From assembly GCA_965153455.1 (NCBI GenBank), contig OZ234494.1:9362001-9426000 (forward strand): a stretch of DNA of 64,000 bases. Direction: 5' to 3'. The notes below the pieces were generated by a model that was not told the DNA's origin, made no database searches, and worked only from the letters and a program-made list of their open reading frames with translations. A program made the translations under genes and the position numbers. Positions 49,414 through 62,099 of this stretch are shown in pieces. The first letter of the stretch is position 1, and each line of letters starts with the position of its first letter. The stretch comes from Sphagnum compactum. Taxonomy: Eukaryota.

Positions 49414-51777
49414 TGCCAGAGTTAACCAGGGCCAGGGACCGAGCCTTGTTACGAGCCTGGAAAGGTCGCAGGCCGACAAAAAGGAGACCAGAAAGCCGAA
49501 CCTAGAATGAATTTTTATTTATTTATTTATTTTCCATAACACCGAACCTAAAATGAAGATTCTGTCCATAAGTTCGAACCTGGAAAATGAAGATTCTGTT
49601 TCAACACTTTTCCCCCCTTTCTAAGTTACCTCCATTATTATTTTATTATTATTATTATTATTATTAAATTTCCCCCTTTTTTTAATGCTCCCATGAAAGG
49701 CCCTATTGAGCCGACTGTAATTGTAACTCACGGGAATAATTAATTATTTTTAGAATTGCCAAAAATCCTGATAAATTGGTGCTTGCCATTGCCAAAAATC
49801 TGAATGAAGCTCTCAAGAAGCACAATAGCTTCATTATTTAGTAGAATGTCGAATTGTAAATTACCTTTTATTTTTACTGCCAAAAAATTATTTATTGCTA
49901 AAATAATAATTCATTAATAGGCACCTTGCTGCTGAACCAGCCTAGGTACTAACTAGGGTATTTGGAAGGCACGTTATCGGGTGGAATTTTTCATCCAAAA
50001 AAGGGATGAAATTTTCGTTTCTCAAAATGCCTCACCCTTTTATTTTTCACCGGATATCTGCCAATTATCTCAAAATAAAATGAAAAATAAAATAAAATAA
50101 AATAAGTTCCTACTTACCCTTAAACCTTCTTGCTCGGATCTTAGAAACATATATCCGCCTCAAGTTAACAAGACCCTAAGTCAAGGGCGCTGCACAGGGT
50201 ATGTTTTTCCTTTCATTGTACATGTTTTTGGTTACCTATCCTCTTCATCAGGGTATATCAAATTTGAGGAAATAAAATTAGATTTATTTCTTTACCACAT
50301 GCATATCTGGTGGGTATATCCAGGTAAAAGAATATGAAGTGATTTTTTAAAGCTAAAATTGCCAAAAGTGAGAAAAAAAAAAGAGTGAAAATAGGGTCAA
50401 ATTTTTATAATTTTTTTTTCAATATGTAACCAAACACATTGAAAGATTATAAAATATTTTGTACTTGATATTTGGTTTATAGATAGATCATTTCTATAGG
50501 ATAAGTGAACAATAAATCGTACAACTCTTAAACTAAGACCCTATAAAAATCACTTGCAAATGCATATTTTGTATGAGTTTTGTCACAATGTTTTGGCAAA
50601 CCCTAGAATTTGAAGTTTAAACCTTAGTTATTATTCACATGGTTTTTTCAATGAATGGTTAACTCGACGACCCTTACTATATGGCGAGATTGACTACAAT
50701 AGGTCAAATTCAAAATCAAACTCACACCCACTTGCAAGGTGGCCATGGCCCATGATGATCAATGTTGAAGCAAATAAGTATATATTAAAACCATTTCAAA
50801 GCAATAGAATGTGAAGAAGTAAAGCTTAAGAAAGATACTAGAGTTAGTAGTAATATTTACATAAATAAACCCTTTGGGTGGACCCGATCAACAAACCCAA
50901 ATATGACATTTGCAAACGTAGTAGTCCTCTATACATTCGAATGTGAGGTATTGAATTTGGGAACCATAAGAGTGGGTTGAGAGGAAAATCAAACTTGAAT
51001 GGGGACCCTTTCCCACCCCTCACAAATCCTTCCTCTTGAGATAATGAAGGAAACAAAAAGACAACTTGAAAAATCCAAATTAGTGGTGGCTTCAAATGTC
51101 TATAGGAATCTCTTTTTCTTTTTCTTTTTTTAAATTTGTTGTCGGGAGTTAAAATAGGGTTACATATCGTGTAAGAAGTTGTGAAGTAAGTTGTACATAA
51201 CTATGAATTAAGAAATATGTCTACCTACTATTGACTCACAAATTGTGGGAAAGGTTCTTCTCAAAAAAAATTATAATTTATAAAAAAAAAAAAGGAAAAA
51301 AAAGGTGAAGAACATCCTATTGTCAAGTCGAATGAACCAAGCAAGAAAAAATATCTTCCAACAACTAAAGATTTAAACTAAATTGTGGACTTTTGTGAAA
51401 ACACTTGAATCTCGAAAACTGATCCTACGCATTTTTCTATTCATATTCACTTTAGTCATCCAATCCAATCACTAGGTTGTTGGAGTACTACTTCACATAC
51501 TTTTGAGACACCTCTTCACCAATTTCTTCCTCGTCTCCCCCTTTTCTTCATTTCTTTGAGAGAAAGCATCATCGTAGCCTTTAAACAAGTTACACAACCC
51601 ACAACAATGGCGTATAACACAGTCAAAAGACTCTAATACTCCAACACAGGGCCATTTTGGGAATGAGGGTCCAATGCAAGGCGTGGGGAGCCCTGATGAG
51701 TGTGGGACCTGAATTCTCAGAGGTAACCCATTTGAGGTCCTTATCTGGTGTAAAGATCTCGTAGAGGAGGCACCTTA

Positions 51778-52155
51778 GAGCATCTCCACCGGTGCTCAGT
51801 ATGTCACTCTGGATAATAAAATTAAGTGTCTAAGTTTAGCTGTTTCTTTCTTTTTTGGCAACCCCACCAATAAAGGTGTTACTGGAACTGCATATACGTG
51901 GGAACTACTAATAGCAAACCACATGGACCCATCATTATGATGGACCAATCAGAAATATTGAGCCCCAGTCAGGTCCAAGTTATTACACTCTTTTTTGGAG
52001 GTGCACAACTGTGTTGCACCTTTTACCAGCCACGGCACTCTGCACGAATTTGGTGCAGAAAAACCAATTTCCTGAGCTAAACCGGCTCATTTTGACCTTT
52101 TTTACAATAAATTTTACTGTTTGGAGTCACATTCTGAGCACCGATGGAGATGCTC
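51778..52155 (+). mobile_element. Tourist-like MITE, family B, nested in an older dispersed repeat
   Basis: TIRs GAGCATCTCCACCGGTGCTCAG and CTGAGCACCGATGGAGATGCTC, with TTA on the left and TTC on the right. The flanks 51648-51770 and 52195-52270 match the uninterrupted repeat at about 56108-56350. Confidence 0.9.
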
Positions 52156-53720
52156 TTCCACGCAACGTTCCTCATTTTGAGGAACTGTATGTGTAGGTGC
52201 CTCCTCTGTTGCAACAGACAGAAATGTTAATAAGGCAAGGTGCCTTGCACATACCCTACAAAATTTTACAGTTTCTGTACTTCTTCACATACTTTATGAA
52301 GCATAAGAACTCCCTCCTTAAGATGAACTAGATACCCTCCCTATTGTGAATGTAAATTACACAAGATAGATGGGCCTGAGATTTATAGTGAAATTTTCTC
52401 CAAGTGCCTTTTGATCCAGGAAGTCCCAACCAATGACTAAATTGTGTAAAGCCAAGATGTCATAGTTGGAATCATTGAAGGAGTAGACAACATGCAGCCA
52501 AATGCAGTAAAGATTGAAGATGTTGAAAGAGGCTTCTCAAATGCATGAATTGAATTCTTGACTCTCATAAGAGCTTTAAATTGGTAAGGAAACAGTGGGT
52601 CACAGTTTTGCACAACCTTGTATTGTGCATGAACCAGGTAAGAAGAAGAAGAAGAAGTCTCTTTTCTTTTGTTTTTCTCCCTTCCCTGACAATTCTCAAA
52701 CCAAGAGTATGGGCCCCTAAGTACCAGGTACCTAAGTATAACCTTTTTTTAAAAAAAATGGGGAGGAGACTTTCATTCTCCATCAATCATGGAAAAGTGG
52801 TTTTTATTTAATGGACTTCCTTTTCCATGGAAGGAGAGTCCCACTAGCCTACTATGATCTCATAATTGAACCAAAAGGAAAGCATTGTTAACATACTTTG
52901 GTTGTGAGATTTCCAAATAAAATACATATGTGGGATTTCCTCCTGGCACAGGATGATCATGTTTTCGTCACACACATGATCATCCTGTGTGGGACCATGA
53001 GTCATACCATATACAAGTGATCATGCAAATGATGATATTCATGTGTCACATATCCATATTCTGTTCTATTGTGATTCTGGCCTAGCCTATTATGGGACCG
53101 ATCAATTTCTCCAAGACCCAAGATTCAACAAACCCGAATAGTCGCAAAAGACACTTTTAATCGCCTAAGACAAGTCGAAAAATGGGGTTTTTCTTCTAGT
53201 GACAGTGTGTAGCTCATTTGCTCATGCTTTCTAGGAGAAAGAAAAGGCTGATGGAGTGTTTGTGGAGAAAGGGTCCAAATGCAGATGAAGGTGGGACAAT
53301 GATCCCCCCTCCCTCCACCTCCCCCCTACAATGCACTTTGTGAAATTCCAAATTCCTCAAATACAAAATGAATAGTGTAAGACATCTTATTATCAGTGCT
53401 TGTGAGACAGCTTTTTTTCCTTGGCAAAATTTCGCCAAAAAACGCAGTTCAAAATTCAAATTTTTTGTGATTTTCCAGGTTTTCAATCACCAAAAGTGAG
53501 GACAAAATAGTTTAAAATTTTCCGATTTCTATATTGGGTTGTTATTAGTGTTTAGCCAAAAATAAAGAAGGATGATGAAAGATTTGTAGTTGGTATTTGA
53601 CTTATAGCCAGACTTGGCTAAGTCTACTTAGGTATGATAGCCACTTTTTCTACATCTTCCTACGCATGATCGCCACTTTGGCTAGAAACAAAAATTCTTT
53701 AAAAAAATGGCTATCCTAGA

Positions 53721-53741
53721 AGGGTTTAGGGTTTAGGGTTT
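53721..53741. repeat. Short interstitial plant telomere-type repeat, about 3 x TTTAGGG
   Basis: AGGGTTTAGGGTTTAGGGTTT. Confidence 0.8.
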
Positions 53742-53926
53742 AAGGACCCTTTAGGCCCTTATCCTATGCATAGCAACAGTCCTTTATAAATTCAAAGAAC
53801 CACACACAGCAGGGAGCACCCCTAACTATACTACTGTATTGATTATGTTCACCAGAGTGTGTGCAGCAGCAATCATGCAAGTGCATTGAAGAAATGTCCA
53901 TACATAATAATCACCCACCAAATCTG

Positions 53927-53931
<5 letters not shown>

Positions 53932-53964
<33 letters not shown>
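53932..53964. repeat. (GA)n microsatellite
   Basis: About 16 GA units. Confidence 0.95.
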
Positions 53965-53968
<4 letters not shown>

Positions 53969-54814
53969 TTTGTGAGCATTTGGACACCTCAAACCCAGAA
54001 GAGCACACACAATGTTTTGCACCACCCAAAAGCAAAGAGAACAGCAAACAACAGCAACGAAACATGATACAGAAAGACAATGCAATATATAGGTGGTACC
54101 TCACTGCAGGTTGCTTGATCCACAAGATGCAAGCAAGGATCCATCACACACCTGCAACCAGTTCATTTTTCATGTAAAAAATTCCATAAAATCTGCAATG
54201 GGATCTTCATGTTGAGATTGTGATCTTGAGCATGTTTGCAATGATACATTCATTGTATGAATATTCCTGTTTCTCATGCTCGAAATTTATATGATTCCCC
54301 CTGTCAGAATGTGAAGTCAGATTAGTGCACACAAACAATACCTTCAGAAGAAAACTGTGCAGCTGAAAGCAGTGAGCCAAGAGATTCTTGGGTTGTGCCT
54401 CCTATGCACCTCCTGGGTTCTGTGTTCAAGTTGTGTACCAAGTTAATGGGCACATCCTCCACACTTACTTGCCGTAAACTGCACTCCAAGCTCACACTAT
54501 GCTTAAGATCTAACCAAAACATCTTTCATTTTTGTTACATGGGGGCACATTGGAAGCAACTTGCTGGCCAGAAAATTGTTCAAAGGCACATGCAATTTGA
54601 CAAAGTACATCGAGCTAAGCTCCGGAGTAGGCTTTGAAAATTCTTTTAGTGATCTAAAGATAGACCCTTCTCCTCCATCAAGAATCTTTGTACAAATTTT
54701 TTGCCTATTTAAGTTTTCCTTTGCAGTCAAGAGACTAGTGCCACTATGGGGTTTCTTTTAGTGTTTTTGTTTACTTTCTCTGGCTACTGTCAAATTGCTG
54801 AATTTTCATGAAGT

Positions 54815-56060
54815 AAAAAAAAAAGAGGCAAGACATAAAAAAACCTGAATCTTAGGCAGGTTGTAAGTTCTTGCACCATCTTCCAGCTGAAAATTGTCCT
54901 AATTTTATTTTTTTTTATAGAGAAAAAAGTGAAATAAAGGATCAATGGCTGGAACCATCGCAAGGGAGACAAAAAGGGAAGGTCAAAAAAAGGCCCAAAG
55001 ACAAATAGCTTGCAGGAACCAGAAAAAGGGAGAGAGCTAGTCCTTCGCTCTCCCTCGCGCGGTAGGAAGTTATTTCACCATGACCCATCTAATGTCACTT
55101 GCATGCAAATTGTGAAATGTAATAGTAATGGGAGGTCTAGAACACACATTACATGCCAAAGCAATTTTCCTTTCTATAGCAGAGGCTAAAGCACGTTGAA
55201 AGGCAATATTAACATGTTGCCTGAAAAATTGAATGCAAAAAGACAAGGATAAATGACCTCCTAATTGTTTATTGTGGAAAAGACGAGCACATTATTTGAT
55301 AAAATTATCCATATCATGCTCGGGTGTGTTGTGCATCTTCATGGCCATCGAAATAAAATGGTGCTCTTCATAAAGCCCTTTATACTTGCGGATTTTAGCA
55401 ATGGTGCTAAATTTTGCATCTGCACTTGTTGGTCAAGCAATGATGTTTGAAGCCACCGTTTCCCGCATTGGATTAATAACTATCACATCAAAAACGAAGA
55501 CCTATTTTTCTTGGGTCATGTAAAGATCGGTTCATAATGAAATTCCTAACATAAAGGTGTACCACTACTCTCTCCATATAATATATAATGTGCCTTTTTT
55601 TCAAGCAAAGGCATACATGACATCTCAAATGGTGTCATGTGTGGCCATATGCTGACCTCCAAATAGGCAATGAACTAAAATGTGTGCTAGATGCGTTCAA
55701 CTCATGTCCACACTCACACATGAAAAGATTAAATGACGAAGATTGAATCAAATCAAGATGAAAATGCAACGCTGAGGTGAAAGTAAAATGTGCAATGCGA
55801 AACGAAGAAATAAATGGTCTAGCAACTAACCATAGTACTGTCCCCTTGCCCGAACAAAAACAAATGCGGGCTTTGGATGTTGAGAAAATTGAGTCATCTT
55901 CCAAGATAGACCTAAAAGATGTGTTGTGGTGGAAGTCCATAAAAAATGCTTGTAGACTTGGGGGTCTAGAAATTGCCAAACTCTCAAAAGAAAGCTGCAT
56001 ATCCCTAGCTGCAAGAAGAAGGCCATCTTGCGTTGGATGTAAGCAAGACACCAAAAATAC
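54815..56060 (-). mobile_element. 5'-truncated, degenerate non-LTR retrotransposon of the restriction-like-endonuclease type (CRE-like)
   Basis: The minus strand gives a zinc-knuckle-like CECGHELNASSTH..CLFGGQHMATHDTI, then TDLYMTQE..VFVFDVIVINP (PD..D-like), AKIRKYKGLYEEHHFISMAM and FFRQHVNIAFQRALASAI. It ends in a T-rich tail near 54815-54825. Confidence 0.75.
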
Positions 56061-56899
56061 ACTTCTTAGAGTATGATGGTGCCTTACTTGTAGGATAAGG
56101 ATCGAGAACAGGGCCATTCTGGGAATGAGTGCCCAGCATGAGGTGGGAGCTGAGTGTGGGACCTGAATTACCAGAGCTGCCCCGTTCAAGGTCCTTATCT
56201 GGCATAAAGATCTGGTGGAATTTTAATGGTTGCAATTTTGTTTGAGAAGGAGAGGAGAAACCTTATGCTTAAGGTGCCTCCTTTGTTGTGGCAGAAATAT
56301 TAATGAGGGTAAGGCACACTCCACATACACTTAAAACAAATTCTACCCGGTATTTACATTTGAAGAAGCATGGATTGGTCATGTTCAAGTTGCTTGGGAA
56401 AAGTTGTGTACCAGGTTTTCAAGAGTGAGACAAGGCCTAATTCCCCACCCCACTGCTCACAATCGGATGCAAGATCCAATAATCAGGTACCATAGTACCT
56501 GCTCAATAGATCCAAAAACACAATCATAATCTTCAGTGACTCAAAGTGGATCGTCCATCTTCTTGAGCACAAAATAACAAAAGTGAGTTCAGGAAGTTTG
56601 ACACTCCCACCAACAAGCTGTCTAGAGCTTTGGATGATACAACAACACTTCATTAACAAAAAAATTACTCACAATTTTACAGAGCAGCAAGTATCACAAG
56701 CAGTTCCATTTCTGATTTTTGCAGTTTTTCTACAGGACTATACGTAAGCATTGGTGTTATATACATGACAGAGGATGAGCTTCATTGGGAATGACCTTAA
56801 GGGGTTTAACAATTAGATGTGCAAAAGACTTGGCAATCATTGCACGTCACAAAGAGAGATTGAAACTACATATACAGAAGTGAGTGGTGACTATGACAC

Positions 56900-59800
56900 C
56901 ATATAGACCATGTTGCCTCATCTTTGATGTGCTGAAGTACTTCAGAAACGGCACACAAGGACAAAACCTGAAGCAGGCAACATGATCTGCAAGTCATCAT
57001 CAGCCTCCAACTGCTTGGCCCACCCAGGCATGTTGAAAATTCTACCTTCCCAGAACTTTTTCTCTTCAGGTAAAGTGAGAAATGTTCCTTCACAAGTCAA
57101 GATGTCAAAGTCTTTTGATTCATTCTCAGGGACTATATCAAGCAACTGTGTGCCAAATAACTTCCCCATTCTTGAAGAATTGGTCCATATTTGTGGCCTG
57201 TCTCAATTGTTTCCAGCTTGTATCTGCTTTCCCCCCCAGGCACATCTCTCAAATCTTCCAAACCCAGTTCTTCACAATCTTTGCAGGTCCCATTCTCTGC
57301 TGTTGCAGTTCCATCTGTGCATTGTTTTCCAAACCCATTTGTTCCCTGCATAACAGAATTATGTCTCACAGAGTCAAATGGTGCAACAGCAGCAATTGCA
57401 GGTTGACTTGCATGCTAGAGCCAAACTGCTCTGTTCTATTTTGTTTTATTCTGGGCTCTAGTGGTATTATTGTTTCTGCATTGATCTGAAATTTGGGCAA
57501 AGTCTGAATTGTTGTCTGCAACAATGTCATAGATGCCCAGTTGACAACACATGTTTATGGAACAAACTGAATATTGGAAGCTCAGGGACCAACGAATACA
57601 TCAGACAGATGACATGCAGCAATGAATTCCAAACCAAGCCACTCACTGGAAAGGATAGATGTGAAAGGAGGATTCTCACTCAACCCATGCATAAAGCAGG
57701 TCTATGAGATTGCAGAGGAATCTCCACAAGAACACTTCGAAGGTAACATGGCAGAATATGCGGTTATGACATAATGAGAGTTGCTCACAAAGTGTCAGAC
57801 CATCACCTTCATCACAAATAGCAGTGACACACTGCCAAGATTACTCAGTGGACTTCATCAGCTCCCAATGGTGGGTGTACAAAAGTATTTTCTGCAAAAT
57901 GATCTGCGTCCTGAGTTTCTGTTGCATTTCTTGATGCAGCAGGAAGACTTAAATCATGATGTGAGCACTCAAGAGATACATAGCTAATAGAAAGAGTCAG
58001 TAGTATCCTCATTCAAGCTGCAACAAGCTTGTGAACTCAGGGAAGCTTCGTCTCATTTTAGCTTGCTCAGGAGGTTACGCTTCATTTTCATTTAAGCTTG
58101 TCCTTAAGCAAGCATCTAAGCCCAAGGCATAGAGACACCTATGTAGAGGGCAGTGGTTGCAGTCTCCTCCACCCTGAACATACCCTTAAAAGCACACACC
58201 ACTGGTGACTTACTTGGATGGAGAACATATCTGCGTAATGACCTTGCTGGGATTTCACAGTGTATTAGTTTAAATCCATAAGATTCCCTCCTGACAGAGG
58301 AGGTTGTCTTATGTTTCTGGTCAGGCTCTTTCGTTTTTGTAAAGGCCCACTGTTTTTTCTTTGCACTTCAGATATCTGCTGAGCAGCCATGACTCACAGT
58401 AAGGCCCTTGGAAAGGTGTGTTACCAGAATTCAGCACTGCCCTCAACTGCCACCTTGGGCAGGTGTCTTATTCAGGGCCTTACCTACCACAAAGCCACTG
58501 CAAAACATGTAGACCATGAGATTGGCAGAGAAATTTTGGCACTCAACACTGGAGTGTAAACACATTGACAAGGAATTCACTCTCAACTCATGTATTACAT
58601 CAATACTACACATAGAGCTCTGATTGACCCCCTACCCCCTAAAACCCTAAGAAAGCCAAATTACCTCCAAAGCAAATCCGTAACCTTCTCCCAAGTGGCC
58701 AACGTTCTGCTCCAACAAAGCACAAAGGCACATCTGGAATGACAAAACCATACCTGACCAGCTGCTTGTCATACTAAGGACAAATTCATTTAAATTTGGT
58801 TTTGAGAAAAAGGCTTCTTTCTACAGGAGGGCGAAATGTGAAGTCCCGTGCACCTTCAACTATGGGAAGAGCTGGTCGTAAGATGCACGTCATCTGGAGT
58901 TGCGATGTGCTGCTGTATGCATAATTGTGACAAGAATGTGCTATCGAGAATCAGAACCAGAGGACACGTCCTGCAACGGATCCGGACATTCTGGCACATA
59001 ATAAATTTGAGAAAACTGAGCGCATTTCCACATTGTTGTTTGTTCCGTGCTTCCTGTGCAATGTCTGATGAATACTGTATCCCGTGAAAGCTTTCTAAAA
59101 TCGTGCCGATGTACAGAACATACCGATTCTTCTTCAGTCAGTCCGATTCTTAGAGCGATCTAAGAATCGCCCAGAATAATACGAAGTAGATCTGCTTCGT
59201 TTTATTCTGAGCGATCTAATTCCTAAAAGAACTTCAAAGAATGGTCAACAAAACAATTGAGACGAAAGAGCGCTGTAAATCTTAATTTGAAAACTTCATG
59301 CATTCATCACGACGTAATCTTTCAACATTTTTGGAGGGGAAAACAAAAGGAGAGCAATAAAATCGTCAGGACTTTACCCTGAGTGGCATGTCACTATTGC
59401 GAGTCTTCAACGCAGTTCTCCAAGGAACAGGGGAAGCAGATCGTAGTCGGCGGTCTCCACTTTAGCCGGGCCTCTTCTACTCGCGTCCGTTAGTTATACC
59501 TCAGAAAAAAACATGAGATGACGCTCGTCACGCTTCTCAACAGCTAACAGCGCAAACTTGTACATCTTCAATCCTTGCGGAATTTTCACGATTCGTCGCC
59601 TGCCAAAGCCGAAGAAGAAGCAGCAACTTGGAAGAAGAAGAAAAAATCCGCCGTGACTCTCTCTCGCCCCGCACTTCCTGAACTCCTGCGGATCTCGACG
59701 AGTCCATCACCAAAAACAGACCCGTAAAAACTGCGATAAATTTTGCAGAGGGAAGAAGAAACAGAAAACATCGAGAAGGAAAGGAATTTGCATTGTGTGC

Positions 59801-59950
59801 ATTGCAAAAATCCCTCCCGCGCTCGCGAGATCGCAGTGCGTCGTCCCCTCTAGATCTGGTCCGCCCGCCCGCCCGCACGCTCGCCAGCTGCGAACTCCTC
59901 TTCGGTCGCGCGAGACGAGCGACAGGCGACGCCATAAGAAGCCCACACTG
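56900..59950 (-). other. Putative spliced transcription unit without an intact long ORF (lncRNA, pseudogene or long leader)
   Basis: CpG-rich, promoter/5'UTR-like segment at 59400-59950. Exon-like blocks with canonical sites: ending 59378, 58970-58854, 58733-58665, 57891-57680, and from 57515. No frame stays open for more than about 80 codons. Confidence 0.4.
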
Positions 59951-62099
59951 AAACAACCCTGTGGATGGATGGATGGCTGAAAACTTCTGAAAGAAAACTT
60001 TTTTTCACCAAACGTGTCCCTCTTTGCTCAAAATCCTTGGAACTTGAAAAGGTGGAAATTGAGTGGATTTTGGATGAGGATTTGTGGAAGACTCTTTACA
60101 ACAAAACCTCCACTTTGATCAATCCTTGGATGATTAAATTAGAGCAAACATCTTGCACCCTATGCATGAATAAATTTCATTTGACATTGGACAAGCTCTA
60201 ACCTTTGATCAAAATGGATGGATGCAAAATAATAATAATAATATTAAATAATATTAAATAAATAAATCACTTTACATGCAAGAAGGTTCATCATATATCA
60301 AAAGTGAGATTAATATTTGAAAAGGGCAAGAAATCTATGCTTACAAGGTAGCAAAGGTTTGCTAAAATTAAGATCCTAACAAATGGAGGCATCACATTAA
60401 ACTCCTAAGTTTTGCCCTAATGCTCCAACCTCACATAACAACATCTATTTTGTCCTCCTCTACTACTTGTGCTCTTGGTTTGAATGTTGTGTGCTTGTGT
60501 TTTGGTTGAAAGAGAGACAACACTCATCATCATTTTCTTTTAGAACTTTTCATCCCTTGTCTTTTTGGTTTTGGTCAATGGTTGATTGTATGTTTTTTCG
60601 ATTCAAATCTTGAGTAAATTTTCATCAAACATGGGAGTTTGTGCTTGCGAAAAATAGGCAAAGATCTTGGAAGAGCTTGGTGAATGTTGTATATGTTTTT
60701 TTTTTTTGGGGTTTCTTGTTGTTTTTTGCTTGCAAATATTTCTAAGTATGATACATGAACTTTTTCATCCCTCTTCATTTCTTGTTGTGTTTATCTTTCC
60801 TCAAGCCCACCTCCCTCCTTTCTAATTGTACTCCTTCATCATTTTCATGTTTTTTATGTTCATTTTTTCATTCCTACTTCCTTCCTCTTAGATCAAACCT
60901 CATTTTTCATCTTTGTGTCCTCTTGGATCAAACCCCATTTTTCACCTTTGTGTATTCTTATGTTCATCTCTTCCCAAGTTCACCTCCTTCCTCTACAATC
61001 TAGAACCTCTTCATTGTGTTTGTATTTTTAAAGCTCGTTTCTTTTCTTTATTATTTGGACCCCCTTTGCATTTTCTTGTGTTTATTTCTTTTCAAGCCTA
61101 CTTCATCTTTCTCTAATTAGACGCCTTTTTCTTGTGTTTGTTTCCTTTTAAGCTCATCTCCCTTATTTTTAATCTAGACCCTTTTCATCATTTTCATTTT
61201 TTCTTGTTTTTTTGAACTTGCCCCCCTTCTTCTTTAGTTAGAGGTGGGTTCAGAAAGAGACAAAGAGAATGAAGGGGTCTCTTTCTAAACCCACCTCCCT
61301 CCTCTTCAATTAGACCCCATTCATCCTTTTTATTTCTTTAGAGACTTGCTTTCATTTTTTCATCTTTGTTGGGGCCCCCAAGTTTTGAAACCCTCTTTGC
61401 TCAACATTTCTAATTATTATTAAAGACCAAGCCTTATTAAAGTTTACTTTTACATGTTCTTAAATCATATTGAATTGTTCACTCAACTAAGTTAAATGAT
61501 TTAACTATTTTCTTTGCTTTCTTTTTTTTTCTTTCTTTCCTTTTATGCTCTTTGATATGTTGAACCACTTCTTTGTCCAAAGTCTTTTGTTGCAAAATCA
61601 CCAAATATTCATTAGATGTCACAACATGTGATATGTTCTAATCACCAAATGGTTCTATCCTTCGTGTTCTCCTTGCAAACAAATGGGGTAACAATAACAA
61701 ATTTGCAAAACAAATCAACTTTGAAATTTGAGTAGTAAAATATTCAACCTCAACATGAGGTTCATGCATAGGTTGATGTAAATGTATTGTTAGTTCATTA
61801 TTTTGATTTGTTAGCTTTGTCTTCTTTGTAATAACATAAATTCTAGGTTATTCCGCATAATATTCTAGGTCATTGGGCTTTAAGCTTTCAACATTAACCT
61901 TCATTCAACAAACTCACTTGAAATGTTTATTAATTCTTCAACAATTTCATGTTCTCCTCAAACTTGATATTCATTGCTTTCTTCATCTAAGTTTTAAATG
62001 TTTTCATTTAACATGTTCATGTTAGTTACAATTGTGTACACCTCATCAAGTTTGGTCTTATTGTCCATGACCTTTCATCAAAGGCTAAATACTTATAAC

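Noticed and set aside
56942..59390. Idea that the stops in the joined exons are removed by U-to-C editing or readthrough
   Set aside because: Stop density is about that of a random frame, and such editing is organellar whereas this locus has spliceosomal-type signals.
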